64,000 nucleotides of DNA from Lytechinus pictus (Eukaryota). Each line of letters opens with the position of its first letter. Position 1 is the first letter of the stretch. The position numbers and the translations under genes are program-made. The notes under the pieces are model-generated. The model worked only from the letters and a program-made list of their open reading frames with translations. It did no database searches and was not told the origin of the DNA. Shown piece after piece: positions 1 through 13,320 of the stretch. The stretch spans positions 14,384,001 to 14,448,000 of the forward strand of contig NC_087258.1 of the NCBI RefSeq assembly GCF_037042905.1, written 5' to 3'.

Positions 1-3000
1 AAATTGTTTTCCAATCATCAATCCTAACTTCCTTTAAATGAAGCTTTTTGATGACCTCCTTCCATAACTGTTTAACCTTTAAACAATCTAAAAATAAATG
101 TTGGTATGTTTCTACCTGTTGTTTACAAAAAGAACAAAAATTGTCTGACTCAAAACCAAATTGGAAGAGCTTCTCTTTTGTATACACTACCCCATGTAAT
201 AGTTTGTACTGAAACTCCCTTTGTTTACTACATATAAAAGCATTCTTCAATCTTGTAAAGGTTTCTTTCAACTCCCCTATTCCAAGATCATATTCACAAT
301 GTCCATCATAAACCTTTAGAGTGTACTCTTTTTGAAATTGCTCAATAAAGTAATTATATATATATCTGGCTTTTAAATCCATAAATTTATGTAGGTAACC
401 AAAGATCTTCAGTTCTATTTGAAAATTTTCACTATCTATAACTATAAAATCACTTTGTATCCATTCTTTTTTAATCACAGAAAAAATTCTTTGAATCATC
501 AGCAGATTATCAGCAGTGTAACCCCGGTTATGGAAATATGAGACTGGTCTTAGTTGACCTCCTACAATAATATCTGATGCTTGAAATATACCTTTCTGAA
601 AGAGTTCAACATCAAAAAACGGTTTATTATGAAGACATATAAATCTGTTGTTAAAAATCACAGGATTGATCTTGTTTTCCTCAAAGTTTCTACATTGATC
701 CAAATCTTGCCATGCTTTCAACATATCTTTATAAAATATTGGTATACCTTGTAAGTCCATTTTATTTGCATCATAATTACAAAGAAATATACTCCGGCCT
801 CCCAATGATCTAAAAAAGTAGTCAAAGGTTACTTTCCAACCTAAATATTTCTCACCGTACAGCAGCCTTTTAATCCACATAATTCTCTGAGTTTTAATGA
901 AAACTTCAAAATTAGTTACTTTGAGTCCCCCTGCACAATAATCTTGATATAGAATTTTCCGTTTTATTCTGTCATTTCCACCCCAAATGAAATTAAAAGA
1001 AATCTTTTCAATTTCTTTAAAGATATTTTGAGGAACTGAAATAAGAGAAGAAACATAATTTAATTTAGAAAATACATGCATTTTTAACAATCTAATTTTA
1101 CCAAACATTGTCAGATCTCGTTGCCTCCACCATCCAATTAATCTTTTGATTTTACTCAAAATTTCTTTATAATTTAGGTCATCTTTTATTTTGGAGTCTC
1201 GTGAAAAATATACCCCTAAAATTTGTATATATTGCATTCTATGTCCAAACAGAGGTAAAACCGGCCTATCACATTCTTCCCCCAACCACATAAAATTTGT
1301 CTTATCCATGTTTATTTTCAAACCACTCAATTTCTCAAACTCTCCGAAGACTTTCTTCACCCTATTAACTGAGTACGTGTCTTTTAGAAACAATGTACAA
1401 TCATCTGCGTACAATACTTGTTTTATTTTTCTTTCACCAAACCCAATCCCTTCAATACCCGGATCATTTCGAATAGAATTAGCAAGTAATTCAATAGCTA
1501 TAATAAATAAATAAGGAGAGAGGGGATCTCCTTGTCTTACTCCTCTTTTAACCTCAAAATATCCAGTTGAGTGTCCCCCATTCATCACACAGCTACTAAC
1601 GTCATTATAAAGAATTCTAACCCAAGAGCACAATGCATTACCAAAACCAAAAGATTTCAATGCTTTAAATAGAAGTCTATGTGATATACAATCAAATGCT
1701 TTTTCGAAATCTACAGCAATTACAAATCCTACTGGCTGATATAAGGATTGAAAGAATACATCGTCTATTAACCTCACTGCCTCTCCAATATTCCTATCTT
1801 TAACATACCCTACTTGGTCATAATGAATAATGTCCCCTAGTACCTCTTTTACCCTTTTAGCTAAAACTTTTGACAATATTTTGTAGTCTACATTAAGAAG
1901 TGTTATTGGTCTGTAGTTTTTCATATATAAATGATCTTTTCCATCCTTTTCAATTAGGGTAATTACTCCCTGTCTCTGCGAGTTTGATAACATTTCTGTA
2001 TCAAAACTTTCATTAAATGCTTCAACAATAAATTTCCCTAAAATTGGCCAAAACGTAAAATAGAATTCAGCTGTAAAACCATCATTACCTGGTGACTTAT
2101 TCCATTTCATTTCCTTTACCGCTTGATAGCATTCTTCAAATAATATTGGCCCTTCACAAAAATCTTTATTTTCTTCACTCAACTTGGGCAATTCATTAAA
2201 AAACATATTGTCAATATCTTCTGCACTATCACTATTTTTGTATTCATATAAATGCGCATAAAACTTCTTAATAGTGGTTAAAATATCTTTGCTATCACAC
2301 AAAATTTCCCCGTTTTCACTGTATATCTCCTTAATCACGCTTTTCCTTTTATTTGATTTCAATAATTGTTCAAAAAAAGCTGAATTCCTTTCACCTTCTT
2401 CGGACCATTCCACCCTCGATCTCACCTTTAATCCTTGACGAGAGTAATCGAAGAGCTGCTCTAATTCACTTTTTTTCGATTCGATTTCATCTTGAATTCC
2501 ATTGTGAAAATTAGTAACCAAATGATGTTCTAAATCTTTAATATCCTTTTCTAATTTTTCAACCTTTGTTTTTCTAATTGCTGCTTTTTTACGAGAGAAT
2601 TTCATAATATATTCTCTAAGTTTCATTTTCATAAAATCCCAAAATTTAATTTTACTATTTATTTGGTCTCGCCAGGTTCCCTCTATTTCAGAAACCTCCA
2701 TTTTTATCTCTTCTACAAATTCTTTATCATTACATAAGCTGCTATTGAACTTCCAATATGATTTCCCATAAATAAAACTCTCAACCAAGTTGCTAAATTC
2801 TACACAGACCCCAGCGTGATCAGGTGTAATAGAGGGTAAGATGTCAGATTTTTTTACAAGCTTCTCTAATTTCGAAGAGATGAAAATGTAATCTAATCTA
2901 CTCTGAACAAATGGCTGTTTCTGTCTAAAAGTAAATTCTTTTTTATTTGGATGACGCTTACGCCAAACATCAATCAAATCTAGCTTATCAAGAAAATCAC

Positions 3001-3520
3001 CTAATAAATCTTTGTATTTATTTTTTGAAACATTTCTCGCACCCATGTAATCTAAGTCATGGTCTATACTTAAATTGAAATCTCCCCCAATTATCAGAGA
3101 GCATTCTTCACTAAATACAGATGAAATTATTTTGTCCAAATCAGAAAGAAAATCACATTGGGCCTTTCCTTTATCTCCTGTTGGAAAATATACACTTCCT
3201 AGTATCAACTTTTCACTTTGACATTTACCTTTTATTATAATATATCTTCCGCCTTTGTCTATTAAAACTTTTTCTATCACAAAATCAACATTCGATTTAA
3301 ACATGAGAATAGTTCCCCTACTGTGATTACTCCCGTGACTAAAATACATCTCCCCTTCCCAATCAGCCTTCCAACTATTTTCAATATCTTGTGTGCTAAA
3401 TGTTTCCTGTAAAAATACTACATTTCCTGACCTTTTGCACCATTGAAAAATTTTCTTTCTTTTTACTTTATCTCTTAGCCCTCTTACATTGACTGTGAGT
3501 ATTTTTAAATTACCCCTCAT
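1..3520 (-). mobile_element. L1/Tx1-clade non-LTR retrotransposon ORF2 (APE endonuclease, reverse transcriptase, CCHC finger); runs off the left edge
   Basis: ATG at 3520 reads MRGNLKILTVNVRGL..VFLQETF (APE). RT motifs KSPGNDG (~2090), GVRQGDPLSPYLF (~1510-1545) and YADD (1400-1411), and the finger CSFCKQQVETYQHLFLDC (~85-135), were read; YADD and the finger are in frame with the ATG. The ORF track shows no stop-terminated minus-strand ORF here, consistent with 1173 open codons. Confidence 0.95.
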
Positions 3521-6117
3521 TGGTGAAGAGTTGCCACAGTGATAGGACACGAAATGGTGCATTCCCTACTTCAGAAATAAGAGCTTTTAAGTAAAGTTGA
3601 AAATAATACAAGTACAGACAGACACAGAAACTTCCAATTACACACATAGCACCCCACTCATTCACATCCACACCAGAACTGGAAAACATACCACCCAACG
3701 TATCACTCCACTTCATCCCAACAAACATAACACATACACTTCTGCAAACATACTCAAACACACGCCCATAGACTATCCTTTGCACGCACAAACACCCTAA
3801 GACACTCTCACAAACACCCCAACACACCCACACCAGCATGATTGACATATACTTTAGCATCATCCTATAGACCCGCAGTTCCGCCCCCCCCCCCCCCCCC
3901 GTTATAGAGCAGCCATTTGTATGCTGTCCATATTAACATTATCTCCCTTGTCTACAGAAAATATCTACCTATATAACGCTGAGAAAAAAAAAATAATAAT
4001 AAAAGAGTCCGAAAGAATAACCTGATTCTGTGTTTTAGCCCTTGTCCCATATCAAAGCTAGACTTAAAACGCTTAGACCTTCATAACATTTGGAGTGAAC
4101 ACATGTAAGAGTGAACCCAAATAAACCTACATAATAGGATATAACTCACTTGAAACGTATAGCATACTTAAAGATACCAGTCAAAATGAATACAGGACAT
4201 CCAAGAGGGTTCTTATTGTAAAAGGTATTATCTGACTGCACCGATAAAGGATACAGTTGATACTATGTTCCAACCTGTCCAAACTATTCCTATTCTTCTA
4301 CATCCTAATTGAAAAGCAAATGGCAAAAACTCTTCCGGATACACAAAAATTCCCAATAACAATAACACCGTTCCAATAAACATATACAGCAGGACTTGTA
4401 TACCTGCATTGGCATATTTGTTATTCTTCTGTAAACCAATATGAATGAGATTTGGTATGAGAAGAGCTACTACCATGTGTCCTCTATTTATAATAAGCAT
4501 GATAAGTGATACAATGAATGAAAGAAAAATCAAATCAAATGACAATACCAACAACAAAGTCATGATTATCCTTAAGAATGTATACGGGAATCTTTCAGAC
4601 TCGTTCTGTGATGTAGTCATGCATGTTCCACCCACTAGACCCATTACATTATGAATGCATGCATGGAACAAACATTTACCCCACACAATAAACGTCATTC
4701 AAAATCGCTCTGTCCCCCAGTTCATCAGAATAAATGACAAAACTCTTCAAAGTACTTGAGATCCCATATAAAATAGCGCCGTTCTAATCAGAACAATCAG
4801 AATCACTAAATCAATAAGTGTTTAAACGCCCTCTCGTGTTTTTATTTTTTAAGAAAATGCTCATGTATACAACGTAAACAGCGAGACCAGTCTCCTCTGT
4901 TATATTACATTCACGGATAGCAGTATAATATGTAAACATATGCATGTCGTTCGTTGTCCTGTCGATTAAAAAAATCAAAGTAAAGGTTTCCTAAATATGT
5001 TCAAAGGGTCACCATACTTGCAAAAATCTGCTTAATTTAAACATCGACATAAAGAGATAAACATAATTTTTCTTTGTTCTCAGAGATGCCGTGGGTTAAA
5101 GACTATCCTAGGGAACAGGTAGTGGCAGCATTCGTCAGAAAGGGCAATTATATTTCTGACAAGCAAAAAAAAGGAGCTTATTTTAATTATCTATTTTTTC
5201 ACCTTTCTCCCTCAACCTTTTTTTTAAATAAAAAAGTGGTAAAGTAGTGTCTCCGTCGGGCCTGTACAAACTGTTTGAAAAAATAAAGAAAGAAAATATA
5301 TGTTATAACTTGATGTTATTTTTCATGATCCAATATTGATGCAATGTGTAGAGAGTTTATAGCATTTTTTTTTTATCTTTGCAGTTTTTATTCGTCACAA
5401 AAACAATCAAAATATTCAAAACATTCGTTGCACTTCAATTAAACAGAACATTGATACAAACTGTGTAAGTACATAAAAATATCCTAAATAAATTGTTCTG
5501 TACTCAAAATAATTTACCTTGTACTCCAGTCCTGCCGACAGGACGATCCATAAACCGAAAAGAAAAGGGGTACGGTAATACCCGTCTGTCCACGGTCGTC
5601 CTGGGTATAGCGAAACCCCCAAAATATGACATTTTCATGTACTTACATTACCGAACGTATGACAAAAACACCACTACAACATGAACAGAAGACAAAACAA
5701 ACTTACAAAAAGACGATTAAAAAAACTAGTCTACAGTGGTTACAATTTATGCATAATATATAGCATAATTTTACTTTATTTATTCAATATGGTTGATTTT
5801 AGGCTACAGGACCAAGTGAAAGGTTATATTCGAAACCTTATCCATAATAACATAAGAGAAGCTTATAGGAAAAACATTCTCATGAGCGATCAGTCACACC
5901 TACTAAACCGCCTCCAGACCGATCAAAACTATTACGTCACTATCGCATGACATGTCGGTCAGTGTGTAGTCAGTTTTTGTACGTGTGACTTGTATGGCCG
6001 TACTCTGAACTCGGGTTTAGATTAACCCTGGTTTCAAGTTGTGGTTTAACTATGGAGAGCCGATCGGGGTACAAATCCCTTAACAGCACACACTCAATTT
6101 ATTAACCCGTTTGACAC

Positions 6118-6453
6118 TCAAATTGTCCATCTCGCTACCCCAAATAGCGATTTCGCCGAGATCCGGGAAAATCCCTGTAACGCGCATTGCATTATGGGAT
6201 AGCTTTTCGGTATTACAACTTCCTGTTCGGAAGTCCAATGCACTGTTTTGCCATTCAGATCAACAGTGCCGTCATGCACAACAACACAACGTCGCTTTCG
6301 CTCGGAAAGCTCGTGATCACAACCCTCTCTTTCACGATACAGTTTAACGGCCTTTTCTGCTAAAGTCACTAATTCTGCCCGACGCTTTCCATTGCACGGT
6401 ATTCCTCTGTCAGTTAAGATTTTTTTAAGTTCCGAAACTGATTTTTTATCCAT
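6118..6453 (-). pseudogene. Truncated SAP-domain-like ORF carried by the nested transposon
   Basis: N-terminus SVSELKKILTDRGIPCNGKRRAELVTL fits the SAP motif pattern (xVxELKxxLxxRGLxxxGxKxELVxxL); the frame runs out through the left TIR. Confidence 0.55.
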
Positions 6454-6870
6454 TTTGTGGTCGACGAAAAATTTAACGGAATGAATGCTGTATATATTTA
6501 GCGTCTAGTCGAATACGATCGTGATGTCAGGCCGGTCGCTATTAAAATCAAAATTTTAAGATATTCATTTTTTGTTAATTTTTTTTATAACCAAATAAAA
6601 ACATGAATAAAAATTATTTTCACGTGAAATATATTTTTTATTTTTATTTATACTTCAAATGGAATCAAAACTGACCAAATTAAATAAAAAGTATTATAAT
6701 CTGTACATATTACGCTGATTGGCATCGATTTCAGCGTGGTGGAAAACTCAGTATCGCGAAACTCGCGCAAGCATTACTCTGAACCGGAAGTGGTGATGAC
6801 GACCCGACGGAGTGAAAATTATCTCGTCTCGCGCATTATGAGATTTTTGTTCCTATTTGGGGTAGCGAGA
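6130..6870. mobile_element. Nested non-autonomous DNA transposon with 18-bp perfect TIRs
   Basis: TCTCGCTACCCCAAATAG (6130-6147) is the exact reverse complement of 6853-6870; flanks ATTGTCCA / ATTGTCAA may be an 8-bp TSD with one mismatch. Confidence 0.75.
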
Positions 6871-9037
6871 ATTGTCAAGGAATGGTAACAAGTATTATTT
6901 TTTGGCTCCCCATATTTTTAACACAGAGTTAGGCCTTGGTCTAAGTTAAACCTGACTTCAGAATACGGGCCTATAAGTTCTCTAGATGAAGCTTTAATCA
7001 TGAATAGTAAGATTATCTTATACGTCCAACTAAATCTGTAATCACCTTTCAGAGATAGGATTTTATTTAATGCAGGCCTTGCCAGCGTCGGATTACAAAT
7101 AAATCGGGGAAAATACAAAGGGGTTTATATACCAAAAAGGTTGTATGAAAGAGAATCACAGGTCTCTTTTTTATCTGTTACTTTTAAGCTTTTAATCCGC
7201 TGCGCAAAAACTATTGGTCCGTAGTACGAATGGTTTTGACCAATTTGGTTCGGCGCTATACTGCTATTTTATGCTAAATTCTTACACGATGCTGCCATCT
7301 GGTTCGCCGGGGGCGATTGTGGCATATTACAATAAATACAATGCACATCTCATTACAGAATTCAATGAATACCCTTTTTTCAATTCAATTCAATTAATTT
7401 TTTTTGATGATCAAACATGTTAATAACTATGTCACTTTAAAAAAAATTGCCGGAGCTGGAAAATTCATGTTTACAAGTTTGTGTTGGCACAATGAATTAC
7501 AAGTTAAAACATATTTCGACACAATCTCAGCGGGTCAAGCTCAATACTCACAATGACCACTAGTAAAAATGATCACTAGTTTTAATGTTCATTAGTCAAA
7601 ATAAAGACCACTAGTCATAATGAACATTTGTCATAATGACCACTAGTCACAATGACCACTAGTCATGATCTCCGAGTAACTGTAGGGAAATATGAATTGG
7701 GCACCCGATCAAAATAAAATTTCATATGAAATCAAAATGGTTGTGAAAACAAACACACGCACTTTTATATATTCCACATCATGACTGTTTTCGGGCATGT
7801 ATATTCACGTAATAAAGTTACCATGTTGTCAGAATGAATTACACATAACACAAAAAACTATGACATGTAAATAAGTGACCTTTTCTGGACTTTAAGGTAC
7901 ATTATTTGAGATCTTTTCATCAGATTGACGTCAATAACCCGTTTTTTTAATACTGGATTTACGGTCACATTTGAATGAATCAGAACAAGACAACAAATAA
8001 AGTTCCTTTACCCCAAATCAATTCGTGACAAGTGAAGGTAAGAATTTTTTTAAGTCTCGATAAAGCTCCAAATGTTTTTCAAGGATTTTCCCCTCCAAGG
8101 AAAGGAAATGAAAGTTTATGAATATCAAATTCTTTGAAAAGGGAGGCACTATTAAATAGCTATATTATTGTTTTTATATCAACATATGTCCCTTATTACG
8201 CACAATTTAATTTTGTTTTAAACGTGTCAAGTACTAACTCAATGGCCTTTTTATACTAGCTTCTTTTTTATCTCTGGATCTCTCGTCATGATACTTTCAC
8301 TTTCTCTTCGTCTTCCTCCTACTCTCTATTCCTCCATTTCCGACACCCACCCGCCACGGTCACTCTAGGATCACGCGCGTAAAACATTTCCAATAGACTC
8401 GTGCGGTAAAATTACACTGTTTAAAAAATCATAAAAAATGAAGTTGAAATTAGAGGGTTGAATATTTACTACCAGTAGATATGATACATATCAGACATTC
8501 CATATCTGACCAGAATAGGTTAGCTTAGCCAGCTCATTTTTAAAATAAATCGGCATTTATGCAGACATCTCCTCACGGGATCAAATTCATCACCTGAGAC
8601 AGCAAAATAGCCCTATTCTTCCGCCAGCCCCCAAAAAGTTCCAAAATCATCAATATTTCGTCAAACTTTGGGCAAAGGAAGTTCAGTAGTTGCCCTTCCT
8701 GTAATCAGTGTTAGATGGTCAATCATATCATACTCTTGTCAATCAGCAATATCAAATTTAAACAAATTCGAATAGGTGGAGACGAATTAATATATTTTTC
8801 CTTCCTGTTGTAATTAGGCTCGTGGCACCTGTATCTCTCTCACTACCATGTACCTATCACACCCACACCAACATACACAAACACACACTCTCACCCCCAT
8901 GCCCTTTCACCATGTTCGCTATACAGAACAAACCTCAGTCTTACATTTCCAGCTAGCGAGAGATGTTTTCCTCAAACAAAATATTCCAAGCTTCCATTTC
9001 GTACATTATATATTTTTTTTTCTAAAAGTTTATTGAT

Positions 9038-9366
9038 AAATTTAAGACCAGTTGTTAGTTGCACCTGGGGGTGACATGTTTGGAGTGTGAATGTGTGTGT
9101 TTGTCGTGTGTATGCGTGCGTGTGGGTAATATTCCTGTTGTGATCTTTAAAATTCCTTGTATTTTTTTTATTCTTCTCATAGTTATTCCATGTTTGAGTA
9201 AAATATCATATGCAGGGGCACCTGATTACAAGCTGTGCTTTTTGGGGGTCCCAAACCTGTCATTTGTTTCAGTTCTTTATAATGTAACCATTTATTTTGT
9301 TTGTACTTTGTTCTCCTTTGACTGGTTTGAATACATTCAATTCAATTCAATTCAATTCAATTCAAT
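9038..9366 (+). mobile_element. 5'-truncated LINE 3' end with (TTCAA)n tail, present only in copy A
   Basis: Copy B reads TTTATTGATCATACATGG without interruption; copy A has 329 extra bases there ending in TTCAATTCAATTCAATTCAAT, a CR1/L2-type tail. Confidence 0.75.
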
Positions 9367-9653
9367 CATACATGGGTGTCACTTCAGTGTGACGTAAATG
9401 ATTCAATCTACAGGTAGGGCTGAAAGAAGCATTGTAGAACAAATAACTAAATAAAAAGGATGAATAAGAGGTGATTTGCATACTGCAAATGTAACGCATA
9501 ACGCGAATGTAACGTAAGTAAATGATTCAATACGCCATTTGTATACATTTTGGGCATCGATAACAATTATGTTCTAAACTAAGTGCTTAACATAGTACGA
9601 CAAGATACAACATCAATTTCTCGGTCGTATAACGTTGCGAAATTAGATAAAAA

Positions 9654-9927
9654 TCAGTCTAATTTTGACTTTCTACTGTTTAAGCATCGGGATGGACATC
9701 GTATACAGCATGAATAAACAAGGAAGGTGGTAACGAGAAGAATGGCGCTGATGAACGCTAAGACGTCAATGGAATTAAGTTGGATGAAGTTGAGTTGCAG
9801 TGCTCTAGATCTCAGGTGTGATCCGCCATGTTTGAGGATATGTTCAACCCAGTAGACTATAGTTTCCTCAGGGTCAGATTGGGTATCTTTGTAGATTCTT
9901 GAATATTTGATGATATTATCCCTGTAA
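9654..9927 (-). CDS. UGT last exon, distal duplicate (exon 5b), intact
   Basis: Acceptor TTTGTTTTCAG, 274 nt, encodes YRDNIIKYSRIYKDTQSDPEETIVYWVEHILKHGGSHLR..DVLAFISAILLVTTFLVY..RKSKLD*. It differs from exon 5a by G>S in the TM helix and a terminal E>D. Confidence 0.8.
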
Positions 9928-9967
9928 CTGAAAACAAATAAAGTACGGACGAATTATGGAGTACTTG

Positions 9968-10136
9968 CATTGGCGGCGGAAGCCAAAAATTTTAGGGGGG
10001 GGGGGACCTAAAAAAAAAAATTGACAAGCAAAAAAAAAAAAAAAAAAAAGGTAATCAACAAAAAATTTAGGGGGGATCGTCCCCCACCTAAAATTTAGGG
10101 GGGACACGTCCCCCCCCCCCGCTTCCGCCGCCTTTG
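9968..10136. mobile_element. hAT-like MITE
   Basis: TIRs CATTGGCGGCGGAAGC / GCTTCCGCCGCCTTTG; perfect 8-bp TSD AGTACTTG (9960-9967, 10137-10144). Confidence 0.85.
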
Positions 10137-11299
10137 AGTACTTGGCAATCTTAATAAGCAAGCGAACAAACTTGTTGTATTTTTAAAATGGAAAGATCCA
10201 CGCCTATTTTGTTTATTTATTTTTGTTTTTATTTTATATCATTTTCAGGTATACATTATACTCGTAACAATTATAGTCAAATTCATTACATTGACAATAA
10301 TCATCATACAATATCTAATATAAAATATAAGAAAAAAAAATTAAAACATTAAACAAAGGAAAGAACACCAGCTAATGCCTGGGGATAATCAAAAGAAATC
10401 AAGTTTCTGTTAAAAGACTCTCCTCATTAGCTGGTGCTAAAAAGAACACTAACACTAAAATACAGTTCAACAAAAAGCAAATAAAAATGATAGTTGAAGA
10501 CATAATAATGACATTTGAAGACATAATCGCATATGACAGAACTGAATAGAAGATAAACAGCGATGTATATAGAAAGCTGGCCACCCTGGATAAAATTGGC
10601 TAACATGTGTTAGCATGCATAGTGAAATATCAAACTGCTGCCATTAATTATCCACAAGAAATGAGACAGTGTGAGGTAAATAGTAATAATGATAATAATA
10701 GTATATTAGTAGTAATAATCATAATAATAGTAGTAGTAATAATAATAATGATAGTAGTAATGATACTATAATAGCGTTTAACACCTACTTTATTAGAGTC
10801 TCTAAGAGCTCTACAGTGATTTTTGAGAAGAAAACACGTGGACAAATGATATGCCATTGCTCGCCGTTTTAATAATTCCGTACGAGGCATCAAAACACAG
10901 AGGCAATATGCCTAAATAACATAAGAGGTGATAAACCTCAAAACAGTCTGAACAATGTCGTAAGACATAACGAAAAACTACATATGTGGCATCCTATTAA
11001 TCTTACTGAAAGATATGGTCACGTGATCGCCAGGAAGGGTAGTAACTCCTCCCTGGGACTGTTGATCACGTGACCCACCCGCACGATAGTGGTTCCCACG
11101 GGTGTTTCCCTAAATCTTGGTAAACAACATCTTTGGAGCATATACTTTGATATCAATATTGGTGATCTGTCAGGTTTCAAACAAATTGTTTCTGAACAAA
11201 AACCTTCTACACTTCTAAAGCAATGTATCCTGACATGCTCCTCCTTACCATTTACATATAAAAGTCATAATTAGCCACATAATGCTCTATGCTGCCTGT

Positions 11300-12417
11300 C
11301 CTTAAGTCCTACCCAACCTCCCAGCCATATTGTAGGCCTAGTCAAATTTAATATGACTATCTGGACAGTGGACTTCTTTAAACCTGAGAATATAATATGT
11401 ATGACATATAAAAGTATACCTCTATCCTATGGCCATCTATCCAACAATGTTGTATATCTGCCTTCTTGATAAACTCGTAAGTGCCCTGCCCAACCTTCCA
11501 ACCTTATGCAGGCCAAAAAAGTTACCTCCAGATGTCCTTGTTCCTAATCTAAAACATAAAATCATAGAATAATTCAATATCTCTCCCAACCTCCCAACCA
11601 TGATGAATGACTGTCTAAATTCTGCCCAACCTCCCAGCCTTAAAGGGATGGTCCGGGCTGAAAGTATGTATAGCTTAATAAAAAGAGTAGAATTCACTGA
11701 GCAAAATGTCGAAAATTTCATCAAAATCGGATAACAAATAACAAAGTTATTGAATTTTAAAGTTTAGCAATATTTTGTGAAAACAGTCGTCATGAATATT
11801 CATTAGGTGGGCTGATGATGTCACATCTCCACTTGTTCTTTTGTATTTTATTATATGAAATTAGCTTTATCCAAATTTTTCCTCCAAGAACTAGAAAAAT
11901 TGGATTGACAACTGATTTAGTGCATTAGATATTTATTGCTGCAACTTATTTCATTATAAGGGAGACATATTATTCACACAAGTATGAAATAATGAAAAAA
12001 TTGTGATTTTATGTAATAACATAAGAAAACGGAAAGTGGAGATGTGACATCATCAGCGCACCTAATGCATATTCATGAGGACTGTTTTCACAAAATATTG
12101 CTAAAATTTAAACTTCAATAACTTTATTATTTGTAATCCGATTTTGATGAAATTTTCGGCATTTTGCTCAGTGAATTCTACTCTATGTATTAAGATATAA
12201 ATATTTTCAGCCCGGACCATCCCTTTAATGCAGAAAATCAATGTCTTTCCAACCTACCAACCATGCTGATCTACTGTCGTAACTCTGCCCAACCTCCCAA
12301 CCATGATGACTGTCTAAATTCTGCCCAACCTCCCAGCCTTAATGCAGAAATCAATGTCTTTCCAACCTACCAACCATGCTGATCTACTGTCGTAACTCTG
12401 CCCAACCTCCCAACCTT
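11300..12417. repeat. Dispersed/tandem CCCAACCTCCCAACC motif array interrupted by a MITE
   Basis: Repeated CTGCCCAACCTCCCA(A/G)CC motifs, including a ~110-bp direct duplication at 12229-12417. Confidence 0.7.
11644..12224. mobile_element. Kolobok-type MITE
   Basis: Long TIRs AGGGATGGTCCGGGCTGAAA..TTTCAGCCCGGACCATCCCT (~180 bp imperfect) with TTAA on both flanks. The empty site CTCCCAGCCTTAATGCAG is seen in the neighbouring repeat at ~12330. Confidence 0.85.
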
Positions 12418-13320
12418 GAGATGTTTAATAAGAAAATCATAAATCGTGATACACAAAATTTCCTACACACGGTAATTCTCAACAGTAATTCAGCTCTACG
12501 CATGGACTAAGATATCAGCTTGTATGCCAGCGTCGGATTACAAATAAATCGGGGAAAATACAAAGGGGTTTATATACCAAAAAGGTTGTATGAAAGAGAA
12601 TCGCAGGTCTCTTTTTTATCTGTTACTTTTAAGCTTTTAATCCGCTGCGCAAAAACTATTGGTCCGTAGTACGAATGGTTTTGACCAATTTGGTTCGGCG
12701 CTATACTGCTATTTTATGCTAAATTCTTACACGATGCTGCCATCTGGTTCGCCGGGGGCGATTGTGGCATATTACAATAAATACAATGCACATCTCATTA
12801 CAGAATTCAATGAATACCCTTTTTTCAATTCAATTCAATTAATTTTTTTTGATGATCAAACATGTTAATAACTATGTCACTTTAAAAAAAATTGCCGGAG
12901 CTGGAAAATTCATGTTTACAAGTTTGTGTTGGCACAATGAATTACAAGTAAAAACATATTTCGACACAATCTCAGCGGGTCAAGCTCAATACTCACAATG
13001 ACCACTAGTAAAAATGATCACTAGTTTTAATGTTCATTAGTCAAAATAAAGACCACTAGTCATAATGAACATTTGTCATAATGACCACTAGTCACAATGA
13101 CCACTAGTCATGATCTCCGAGTAACTGTAGGGAAATATGAATTGGGCACCCGATCAAAATAAAATTTCATATGAAATCAAAATGGTTGTGAAAACAAACA
13201 CACGCACTTTTATATATTCCACATCATGACTGTTTTCGGGCATGTATATTCACGTAATAAAGTTACCATGTTGTCAGAATGAATTACACATAACACAAAA
13301 AACTATGACATGTAAATAAG

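Larger units (their letters stand above)
5996..6971. mobile_element. Non-autonomous TIR element (PIF/Harbinger-like MITE) with a nested insertion
   Basis: Imperfect ~30-bp TIRs GGCCGTACTCTGAACTCGGGTTTA / TAAACCTGACTTCAGAATACGGGCC; TAT on both flanks (3-bp TSD). Confidence 0.7.
7080..10824. repeat. Segmental duplication copy A (contains the second UGT last exon)
   Basis: Co-linear, near-identical to 12525-18079 from TGCCAGCGTCGGATTACAAAT to CTCTACAGTGATTTTT; identical 69-aa ORFs at 7214 and 12659. Confidence 0.95.

Noticed and set aside
3510-5950. Short hydrophobic ORFs (3510-3863, 4228-4698 and others) as LINE ORF1 or host exons
   Set aside because: No recognisable motifs or consistent splice sites; explained by compositional bias.
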